Shown piece after piece: positions 1 to 7,853 of a stretch of DNA of 27,716 nucleotides. Origin of the DNA: Bdellovibrionota bacterium FG-1 (GTDB lineage: Bacteria > Bdellovibrionota > UBA1018); contig JBBCAW010000011.1 in NCBI GenBank assembly GCA_051382295.1, positions 1 through 27,716 on the forward strand, given 5' to 3'. Under the pieces are notes generated by a model. That model did no database searches. It saw nothing but the letters and a program-made list of their open reading frames with translations, and was not told the DNA's origin. A program made the translations under genes and the position numbers. Every line of letters begins with the position of its first letter. The stretch's first letter is position 1.

Positions 1-552
1 GTCATCCCCCCTCCTCCGCCACCCCAGCCGGTCTCGTGGAAGGGGGCCTTCGCGGTAGGGCTTCCGCTGCCTGGCACCTGGGACGTCGTGGCGCGAGGCT
101 ATGACGGCGCGCAGGCCAAGGTCCAATTAGCCGACGGTGATCATCGACAGATCAACTTCTATGCGATGTTCCACTTACCCCCCGCGAAGTTAAAGCTGGG
201 TGACGCGACGCTGGGCCTGGAAGCCGCACCCACGAGTGGGCAGAATCGGGGTCGCCCCCTGCACGTGAGGACCCCGGGTGAGTTTGAGCTGCCGCCCGGC
301 CGCTGGAAATTGCGCCTCGACTATCCCTACTGGATCAAAGGCTTCGCGGAATCCGAGATCATGATTGAACCGCGGGCTCAAAAGGCCCTCTCGCTCCCCT
401 CGCTGTTCAAAGCCAAACTTCGTTGGCTCGATCCGCCTAAAAAAGAATCGGTCTTGTTCCTGGAATTCGAGGGAAATTCGCAAAAACTCCTGATCTTGCC
501 GGATTCTCCCCGCGTACCGATCCCGGCGGGCGCGAAGTGGAGGTGGCTGTGA
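1..552 (+). CDS. Hypothetical protein, 5'-partial (Pro-rich linker followed by beta-rich, possibly PEGA-like segments)
   Basis: Frame 1 is open from base 1 (VIPPPPPPQPVSWKG...) through the 88..552 ORF to TGA at 550-552. Hand count gives about 62% GC over 1-540. No family recognised with confidence. Confidence 0.6.
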   Translation, partial: VIPPPPPPQPVSWKGAFAVGLPLPGTWDVVARGYDGAQAKVQLADGDHRQINFYAMFHLPPAKLKLGDATLGLEAAPTSGQNRGRPLHVRTPGEFELPPGRWKLRLDYPYWIKGFAESEIMIEPRAQKALSLPSLFKAKLRWLDPPKKESVLFLEFEGNSQKLLILPDSPRVPIPAGAKWRWL

Positions 553-593
553 CAAAAGGTGCTCCGCACCTTTTGGTTCAGACCTGCGTCATC
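553..593. repeat. Hairpin-bearing direct repeat, copy 1 (REP-like; could also act as a terminator)
   Basis: caaaaggtgc-tcc-gcaccttttg (10-bp stem) plus tail gttcagacctgcgtcatc. 40/41 identical to 7720-7760. Starts immediately after the upstream stop codon. Confidence 0.9.
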
Positions 594-674
594 CCGCACA
601 TAGCCCGCAGAACGAAATACTCTTGGCCAATGTCGACAAGTTAGCTTACATAAAACGAATACAAAGGGACCCGC

Positions 675-1274
675 TTGCAAATCCGCCATTCAAAATCCAA
701 ATCGATCGAAATCGTAGCCGGACCCAACGGCAGTGGAAAGACGACCTTTGCTAGCGTCTATCTCCTAGGAAAACAGGGCCGCACCGTTTATCTGAATCCG
801 GACCGCATTGCGTTCGGGATCGCCCCGCTCGACTTTGAAAAGGCCTCTTTTCACGCCGGGCGTGTTTTGATTTCGGAGGTTAATGCTCGACTTGCACGGG
901 GAGAGAGTTTTTGTTTCGAGTCCACTCTTTCTGGAAAAACCTGGCTCACTCTTCTTAAGCAGGCCAACCGCCAAGGCTACCAAGTTACGATTTACTTTCT
1001 CTACTTGGACTCGATTAAAAAAAATATGCAGCGCATCAAGAGCCGTGTGAAACAAGGAGGCCATCCGATTCCTATGGAAGCCGTACGCCGCCGTCACCCA
1101 AGATGCTTTGAAAATTTCTGGAATCTCTACCGGCCGCTCTGTTCAGATTGGTACGTCTTCGATAACTCGGGAAAGAAACCCAAACCCATCGGAAGCAAAT
1201 CAGAATTTGAAACCCTCTCCACCCAAGAACAAACACAATTCACCACCGCGTTCTTGAAGGGACACCTAGCGTGA
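675..1274 (+). CDS. Zeta-toxin-like / COG4185-type P-loop ATPase (AAA_33-like)
   Basis: Walker A AGPNGSGKTT, then LNPDRIA, FESTLSG, RIKSRVKQGGHPIP and FDNS motifs typical of this family. TTG start after aaggg. Confidence 0.88.
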   Translation: MQIRHSKSKSIEIVAGPNGSGKTTFASVYLLGKQGRTVYLNPDRIAFGIAPLDFEKASFHAGRVLISEVNARLARGESFCFESTLSGKTWLTLLKQANRQGYQVTIYFLYLDSIKKNMQRIKSRVKQGGHPIPMEAVRRRHPRCFENFWNLYRPLCSDWYVFDNSGKKPKPIGSKSEFETLSTQEQTQFTTAFLKGHLA

Positions 1275-1426
1275 ACAAAAAAGAAGCAGCTGCGAAACTT
1301 CGGGGAATTAAGAAATCGCTCGAGAAATTTCCGGCGGAGGTTCGACGCCAAGAATGGGCGCATCGCGAAGAAATGAAGGTTCGCAAAGCGTTTGGGAAGC
1401 TTTCTCTAAAATCGAAAAAAAGATAA
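1271..1426 (+). CDS. Small basic 51-aa protein, putative partner/antitoxin of the ATPase (below the ORF-track cutoff)
   Basis: GTG at 1271 overlaps the ATPase stop (GTGA). Reads MNKKEAAAKLRGIKKSLEKFPAEVRRQEWAHREEMKVRKAFGKLSLKSKKR, TAA at 1424-1426. Confidence 0.7.
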   Translation: MNKKEAAAKLRGIKKSLEKFPAEVRRQEWAHREEMKVRKAFGKLSLKSKKR

Positions 1427-1458
1427 CGCACCCAGCATCACCAAGTAACCTGATACCT

Positions 1459-4400
1459 TTAGTTGCACACAAACCCAGAGAACCGCGCCTTGAGGGCATT
1501 GCAATTCTGCCGAACCTCAGCCTGGGAGAGCGAGCGGTTGTAGATCTTCACGTTAGCGATGGAACCGGAGAGGTTGCTGACAGCGTCCCCATTCCAGGTA
1601 CCCAGCGCCATTGCACTAGCCGTAGCGGGAGTATTCCCGAGCGTGCCGGATGCGGGAGTTTGCAGCGCGCCATTCACATAAAAATTGCCATTGTCGCCAG
1701 CCCCGGTCTTCACAAAGACAAACTGATTCCAATTCGCTGTGGTGAGTGTATAATTTCTAAAAACCCCTCCGACCAGCCACCACATATTTCCGGTCCCAAA
1801 CCGGGTGTAATAGGAGCTTCCCGCGTTCGAGAAAAGAAGCGGCAGATTAGCCGCAGAAGCCGCCTTCACCCAAATCTCAACGGTATGATAATCATTGGAG
1901 GTAATCGCAGTCGTAAAGCCATTCGGAATACTCACGTAATTGCCGGTCGTGTTCGTGCCATTTAAATTCAGCACGTAAGGCGCATTAGTCGCACCGGTTC
2001 CATTCCACCCAGAAGTACTCGGCGAATTGCAGGGCGCGCTGTAATCCATCAAAGAGGCCGTAACTGTGCTATCCATGCTCAGCCAGCCCTGCTGATTACA
2101 CCCGGTGGTTGCGGGCCACATGGCACTGACCGCATTGGCGGCGTCAAAGTGATACGCAAGTCCGCTGGTCACGATATTACCCATCGGCGAAGTCCGGTAG
2201 TGATCCACCGTGGCATTAAAGTTGGTGGTAATATTGGCGGAACTCCCCGACGTGTAAACTTTCAGATCGCCCATCGCGCCACCCCAAGCCGTGGCGCCGG
2301 TCGAAGTCGCGCCCACGGTGAGATTGGTCGAAGGAGTGGTAAACGTATTGGACGTCGGCACAAACGAACACTCCTGGGTGCCGTTGAGAAATAAACTCAT
2401 CGTGGTGCCGTCAAAAAGAGCCGACACCATGGCCCAGAGGTTATTCGTTAACGGGGTGCGCGTTTGGCAAGACTTAAACTTAGATGATGTAAAAATAGCG
2501 CTGATCTGTTGCGGATTGAGGGCATAATCGAAGACGGCGACATCGTCGATGGAACCGTTAAAAGTGTAACTACTACTATAATGTGCACCAATAACTAACG
2601 GGGTATTACTGCTATTCACCACTGTTGAATAGGCGGTAGACCAGGATGAACTCCCATTGACATAGATCTTCATCATAGCTCCATCATATGTGGCAACAAC
2701 GTGGCTCCAAGTATTGTTGGCAGGAACGGGTCCAATTAACGTTACTGCACCACCATTTAGTCTAAAATAAATATTGGTGTTTAATATTAACTGATAATCG
2801 CCCTGGGCAGATGCAAATGAACCTTTATATATAATTCCGCTATTGGTGTTGGCTGCTGCAGGATTGATCCAAGCCGACATCGATAACTGTGAGGTTGGAT
2901 TAATTGCAGTCGTAGAGGCGGTTGTGACGTAACCCGTGGTCCCGTTAAACGTCGCGGCGGTATCGCCATCTCCGGTAATCGCACCCGCAGTCCCTAGAGT
3001 ATATCCCCCGGTATAAGTGCCGGTGTTGGTATTGCCAGAAAGATCGATGGCCGACAACGAGCCCACAGGCTCGCCCAATCTCCAATAACCTTTAGGTTGT
3101 CCGGCAAGGACTGGATTATTCGCGAACGTTCCTAGGCCGGCATTGTGATGAGCCGCGACTTGACCGGCGGACAGCGCGTAGGGGTAAAGCGCGAACTCCT
3201 GAAGATAACCGTTAAAAGGAGACACCACATTTTGTGAAATCCCAAGATAAAGCGTCGTACTTGAATCAACCAAGGTAACAGCTTGGGTCCCAGACGCCAC
3301 CTGACCGCCATTGACATAAATTTTCTGCCAAGTAGGAGCAATGACCGCCACGACATGAGACCAACTTCCATAAGTGAGAGCGGCTGTCGATCCGATCGTA
3401 AGCAAGGTCGTGCCATTGCCCGCAAAGAAATTCAACTGGCCGCTAGTCGTATAGGTAACGATATATCCATTATTACTTGAATATTTTCCAATGATATACC
3501 GATTTGTACCCACGGCGACTGGGTTAATCCAAAACTCGATAGTCATCTGCCCGGCAGAGGCAAAATTAAGCGCAGCATTGTTGCTCACCGTGACGTAAGA
3601 GGCCGCTCCATCGAAATAAGCAGACGTACTCGTGTCTCCGGATAAAGCGCCGGGTTGCGCCAACGTGGGTGAAACATAAGTCCCCCCCACCGCCGCATTT
3701 GCCGTAACGCTATTCGCTGCGGTCGTCCCTGCAGCTTCGCCAAACCTCCAATAATCGTTAGGGCCGTCTGCCAAAATCACATCTTTGTACTTTTGCTTCG
3801 GGCCCACGGCCAACTCAATAATCCCCGCGGTATTCGGCGACTGATGGAGTACAAAACCATTGCCACTCGCGCCACCACCGTTACCTAGTACGACCTTACC
3901 GCCGCCGGTAGCCGTGGATACATCCGCAGAGGCCACCCACGAAGTCAACATCACCGTGTTTTGATTGCTCGAAATGACGGTACTGCCCAGATCCACGCGG
4001 TTCGAATCTGAGGCGGTAAAACTCAGTGCGTACGGCGACGCATTCACACCACTGCCCGCCCATTGCGGCACGGATGAAGTCCCATACAAAGTTCCATCAT
4101 AGGAAGCAAAAATGTCGCGCCATTGCGTCGCGGGATTAGAACCCGGTCGAGTCAGCGCACCAAAGGGAGCGTCATACGCCGCAGTCAAAGAGGTTTGCAC
4201 ATAAGGCGGGCGCACATCGATATTGGCGGTACTGGAGCTATTGCCAGCTAAATTCGTGCCCGTCACTCTGACTTCGTAGGCGCCCCAAGAGGTGGGGTCG
4301 GGAGTCCAAGTTAAAACACCCGACGCAGTGTTGAATTTTTTAGCAACGCCAGCGTTGTAGTGACTGAGAACTTGGGCGGCGGACAAGGCGGTGGGGTAAA

Positions 4401-7400
4401 GAGCGACTTCGTCGAGTGCTCCGTTAAAAAAAGCCCCCCCCGAATACTTCCCCATATAAAACGCACCAGGGGAATCCACAAGAGTAATACTACTTGACGC
4501 AATCGCCACCTGTACGCCATTGAGATAAACTTTTTGTGAGGTAGCCGTCACTGTTGCTACAAGATGAGACCAACTTCCGAGAGGAAGGGCGGCTGGAGTA
4601 TAAATCGTATAGAGAGTGGTCCCATTGCCTACTATAAAACCTATAGTTCCCGTAATCGTTTGAAAAACGATATATCCATTATTTGCGGCGGTGTATTTAT
4701 CTAAAATCCAGCGATTACTAACCGGGGGGACAGAGGTTGGATTAATCCAAAGCTCCATACTCATCTGCCCCGCTGAGGCAAAATTCAGCGCGGCCGCATC
4801 AGGCACCGTCATATAAGCAGACGACCCATCAAAATACGCAGCCGTATTCGAATCACCCGAAAGGCCGGAGGCCGTCCCCAAGGTAGGGGTTCCATAATAC
4901 CCCCCCACATTCGTTCCCGCACTATCCGCTGCCACCGTCGCGCCAACCGCCTCGCCTAAGCGCCAATAAGCTGAAGGGGAGTCAGCGAGAACAGTACCAC
5001 TATAAAGCGCCGCCCCCGTCCCCGGCAAAGACTCACACCCAGTGCCATAGGTGCTGTTCATCTGCGAGTCATAAAAACAAGTGTAACTCATCCCACTATC
5101 GTTACCCGCCGTCCCATTACCCCAATCAATCGTGGCCTGAGTCCCTTGCGTCACGTAATGCGTGGGGAAGGTTAAATCACCGGTGTTGACCAGCGATGGC
5201 ACCGCGAATCCCGCCGCCGTCAGCGCGATGGTCGTGGTCTGATTCGTGTCATAGGCGATACTTAAATTCGCCGTAAAGCTCCCCGCGACCGGCGTAAATC
5301 TCACCGTGATATCGCAGTACGCGCTCGCAGACAAAATCGAACCTGATCCTGGGCAATTATTCGAAATAATCGAATACTGCGCCGTCTGACCCGTCAAAGA
5401 AATCGTGCCCATCACCACGTTATACGCCGTCGCATTCGTCGCCCTCACGGTGAGATCACTCACACCATTGGCAACCAGCACATTTCCGTAAGCCAAGCTC
5501 GTGGGTGAGAAAGTAAAGGGTTTAGTACCACCCACCGGCGTCACCGACATCACTTCATATAAGGTGCCACTCACGCCCGCCGCATTCGTCCCGGCGATTT
5601 TCAGCTCATATTCCCCAAACGCTGACGAATTCGGCGTCCAGGCAAACACCCCCGTCGAAGTATTAAATGTCGCGGTGCCCGGCAACAACGTACAAGCCGT
5701 GCCACCACTCACCGCCCCATCGATCACCTGGTCATACACACAGGTATAACCCATTCCCGTATCGTCACCCGTGATACTGTTATTGATATCAAACGTGGCG
5801 GGAGCGCCTTGATTAATCGTATACGGACTAGCCACTGAACTCGTCAGGGAGGGCGCCGCCAAGGCGGTGGCCGTGAGCGCAATCGTCGTCGTTGCACTTG
5901 AATTATAGCCAATCGAAACCGCAGCGGCGTACACCCCCGTCACCGGCGTAAAGCGCACCACAAAGGTACAACTCGCGGCGGGCGCCAATTGAGAATTCGC
6001 GGCCGGACAATTATTCGTGCTAGCTGGGAACGACAACTGCGTGTTTTGTCCAGTGAGGCTGAAACTTCCCATCGTGACCCCGGCCGCCGTGGAATTGGTG
6101 ACAGTAAAAGTCTGATCCACCGCTGCCCCGCCATTAGCCAGGTTACCATAGCCAAAAGAAGAAGGACTCAGCGTAAACGGCGACAACACACCGCTCGGCG
6201 TGACCGAAACCACCGCAATCAAACTACTACTGCCCGCGACATTAGTGCCTACCACTTTGATTTCATACGCACCAAAAGCCAGCGCACTCGGAGTCCAACT
6301 CAACACCCCAGTCGAAGTATTGAAGGTCACCGTACCCGGCAAGGACGTACAAGCCGTGCCGCCCACCACCGAGTTACTCACCACTTGGTCGTAAGTACAA
6401 GTATAAGACATGCCCGTATCCGTCGTCGCCGCGCCATTTCCAAAATCCACCGTCGCCAAACTTCCTTGATTGACCGTGTAGGCGTGGGCTAAATCCAAGG
6501 CACTCGGATTACTCACCAAAGTCGGAGCATCGACCGCCGTGGCCGTCAGCGCAATCGCCGCCGTCGCATTCGAGTTATAGCCAATCGAAACTCCCGCCGT
6601 ATACGATCCCGTGACCGGCGTAAAGCGAACCACAAAAGTACAGCTCGCGGCGGGCGCCAATTGAGAATTCGCGGCCGGACAATTATTTGTGCCCAAGGGG
6701 AATGAAAACTGCGCCGTTTGGCCCGTCAAAGAGACCGAACCCATGAGCCCCGCTGCCGCCGTCGCATTCGTCACCGTAAATGTTTGATCCCCCGTCGCCC
6801 CGCCGTTTCCAAGCGTGCCATAGTCAAAAGAAGAAGGGCTCAGCGTAAAGGGCGTGACGCCGCCCGCAGGGACCACGGACACCACTCCAAGCGTGCTGTC
6901 GTTGCCGGCCACGTTAGTGCCGGTGACCTTAATTTCATACGCGCCAAACGCCGAGGCATTCGGAGTCCAATTCAAGATTCCTGTGACTGTATTAAAATCA
7001 ACCGCCCCAGGAAGGTTGGCGCATTGGGTTCCCAACAGGACCGCGCCATCTATCAGTTGATCATAGACACAGCCATAGCCCATGCCGTTGTCAGAAGGCG
7101 TGCCGGTTCGGATATCAAAATAATCAATCGATACAGATTCTGCTTGCTGTACCGAATATGCCGCCGCAAGCGTCGGGGCCGTGATGGAGCTCCCCAACAC
7201 GGGAGCCACCATACCGTAACCTGAAATCCCCATTACCGTGGTCAGTGAATCTGAGTTAATACCGTCCCCAATATAACTCACGACGACCGACCCCGAAACC
7301 GCCCCGCCGATGATCGGGGCAAAAGCCACGCTAAAGGTACAACTTGCGCCCGCGCCTACCGGAGAGGGAAGCGTGGGACAGCCATTTAAAATGGTTAAAA

Positions 7401-7662
7401 TCGAATCCGTCGTCGATATATTTTTGATATAAACACTCGTTGAAGAAGTATTGGTCAGAGTGATTTTTTGAAGAACCGCGCCCCCCACTGCCACATTGCC
7501 AAAATCATAACTGGTCGGATCAAACACGACGGCGCTTTGTCCAATGTTGGATTGAATGCCAAAAAATGCATCCATCGGATTGTCATCCGGAGCATTACAA
7601 GCCGTCAGTGCAGCACCCGCTGCGGTGAGGAGGGCCATTAGCCCAAATAGTCTTAAGTTCAT
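1459..7662 (-). CDS. Giant surface lipoprotein/adhesin: 4x (ASH/choice-of-anchor-D-like + putative Ig) stalk and 5 LamG/concanavalin-A-like domains
   Basis: 2067-aa ORF with lipobox LTAC. Repeats of P.S..YG...T.TN...NNCP...L...ASCTF.V.F.P and FNT.TG.L.WTP...FGAYE..V.GTN.AG. LamG signatures YWRLGE, WINP, WSHVVATYDG...IYVNG, FNG.IDDVA. Confidence 0.9.
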   Translation of the reverse strand: MNLRLFGLMALLTAAGAALTACNAPDDNPMDAFFGIQSNIGQSAVVFDPTSYDFGNVAVGGAVLQKITLTNTSSTSVYIKNISTTDSILTILNGCPTLPSPVGAGASCTFSVAFAPIIGGAVSGSVVVSYIGDGINSDSLTTVMGISGYGMVAPVLGSSITAPTLAAAYSVQQAESVSIDYFDIRTGTPSDNGMGYGCVYDQLIDGAVLLGTQCANLPGAVDFNTVTGILNWTPNASAFGAYEIKVTGTNVAGNDSTLGVVSVVPAGGVTPFTLSPSSFDYGTLGNGGATGDQTFTVTNATAAAGLMGSVSLTGQTAQFSFPLGTNNCPAANSQLAPAASCTFVVRFTPVTGSYTAGVSIGYNSNATAAIALTATAVDAPTLVSNPSALDLAHAYTVNQGSLATVDFGNGAATTDTGMSYTCTYDQVVSNSVVGGTACTSLPGTVTFNTSTGVLSWTPSALAFGAYEIKVVGTNVAGSSSLIAVVSVTPSGVLSPFTLSPSSFGYGNLANGGAAVDQTFTVTNSTAAGVTMGSFSLTGQNTQLSFPASTNNCPAANSQLAPAASCTFVVRFTPVTGVYAAAVSIGYNSSATTTIALTATALAAPSLTSSVASPYTINQGAPATFDINNSITGDDTGMGYTCVYDQVIDGAVSGGTACTLLPGTATFNTSTGVFAWTPNSSAFGEYELKIAGTNAAGVSGTLYEVMSVTPVGGTKPFTFSPTSLAYGNVLVANGVSDLTVRATNATAYNVVMGTISLTGQTAQYSIISNNCPGSGSILSASAYCDITVRFTPVAGSFTANLSIAYDTNQTTTIALTAAGFAVPSLVNTGDLTFPTHYVTQGTQATIDWGNGTAGNDSGMSYTCFYDSQMNSTYGTGCESLPGTGAALYSGTVLADSPSAYWRLGEAVGATVAADSAGTNVGGYYGTPTLGTASGLSGDSNTAAYFDGSSAYMTVPDAAALNFASAGQMSMELWINPTSVPPVSNRWILDKYTAANNGYIVFQTITGTIGFIVGNGTTLYTIYTPAALPLGSWSHLVATVTATSQKVYLNGVQVAIASSSITLVDSPGAFYMGKYSGGAFFNGALDEVALYPTALSAAQVLSHYNAGVAKKFNTASGVLTWTPDPTSWGAYEVRVTGTNLAGNSSSTANIDVRPPYVQTSLTAAYDAPFGALTRPGSNPATQWRDIFASYDGTLYGTSSVPQWAGSGVNASPYALSFTASDSNRVDLGSTVISSNQNTVMLTSWVASADVSTATGGGKVVLGNGGGASGNGFVLHQSPNTAGIIELAVGPKQKYKDVILADGPNDYWRFGEAAGTTAANSVTANAAVGGTYVSPTLAQPGALSGDTSTSAYFDGAASYVTVSNNAALNFASAGQMTIEFWINPVAVGTNRYIIGKYSSNNGYIVTYTTSGQLNFFAGNGTTLLTIGSTAALTYGSWSHVVAVIAPTWQKIYVNGGQVASGTQAVTLVDSSTTLYLGISQNVVSPFNGYLQEFALYPYALSAGQVAAHHNAGLGTFANNPVLAGQPKGYWRLGEPVGSLSAIDLSGNTNTGTYTGGYTLGTAGAITGDGDTAATFNGTTGYVTTASTTAINPTSQLSMSAWINPAAANTNSGIIYKGSFASAQGDYQLILNTNIYFRLNGGAVTLIGPVPANNTWSHVVATYDGAMMKIYVNGSSSWSTAYSTVVNSSNTPLVIGAHYSSSYTFNGSIDDVAVFDYALNPQQISAIFTSSKFKSCQTRTPLTNNLWAMVSALFDGTTMSLFLNGTQECSFVPTSNTFTTPSTNLTVGATSTGATAWGGAMGDLKVYTSGSSANITTNFNATVDHYRTSPMGNIVTSGLAYHFDAANAVSAMWPATTGCNQQGWLSMDSTVTASLMDYSAPCNSPSTSGWNGTGATNAPYVLNLNGTNTTGNYVSIPNGFTTAITSNDYHTVEIWVKAASAANLPLLFSNAGSSYYTRFGTGNMWWLVGGVFRNYTLTTANWNQFVFVKTGAGDNGNFYVNGALQTPASGTLGNTPATASAMALGTWNGDAVSNLSGSIANVKIYNRSLSQAEVRQNCNALKARFSGFVCN
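5972..6687. repeat. Intragenic stalk repeat with a 44-nt identical block at 5972-6015 and 6644-6687
   Basis: ctcgcggcgggcgccaattgagaattcgcggccggacaattatt occurs twice, 672 nt (224 codons) apart. Confidence 0.9.
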
Positions 7663-7689
7663 CGGTCCCTACTAATAGTGTACTAATAC

Positions 7690-7716
7690 AGTTCGGAATA
7701 ACCATCCAAAAGATTA
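7690..7716 (-). promoter_or_regulatory. Putative sigma28/FliA-like promoter of the giant lipoprotein
   Basis: Minus strand TAAT-N15-TCCGAACT versus consensus TAAA-N15-GCCGATAA, 27 nt upstream of the ATG. Confidence 0.4.
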
Positions 7717-7760
7717 AACCAAAAGGTGCTCCGCACCTTTTGGTTTAGACCTGCGTCATC
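7715..7760. repeat. Hairpin-bearing direct repeat, copy 2
   Basis: Perfect 15-bp inverted repeat taaaccaaaaggtgc-tcc-gcaccttttggttta (7715-7747) plus tail gacctgcgtcatc. 7720-7760 matches 553-593 at 40/41. Confidence 0.9.
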
Positions 7761-7853
7761 TTCGACACAACTTGACATACGGCGGCCGCCAAAAATGCCA
7801 ATGTTGTCGCCACTAAAGAGGAGCTTGCATGGTTTAAGCATAGTAGTCTCACT

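Noticed and set aside
1354..7224. Opposite-strand and alternate-frame ORFs inside the giant gene (e.g. 1354..1965, 5989..6492, 6718..7224) and similar shadows elsewhere
   Set aside because: They overlap well-supported genes, have Arg-rich shadow composition and show no recognisable motifs.
1459..7662. Diversity-generating retroelement target
   Set aside because: No reverse transcriptase. The repeats are coding and differ mainly at synonymous positions, not specifically at adenines.
553..7760. Palindromic repeat as a CRISPR repeat or integron attC site
   Set aside because: Only two copies 7.1 kb apart, with no spacers or cas genes. It lacks proper RYYYAAC/GTTRRRY ends, is shorter than attC sites, and no integrase is present.
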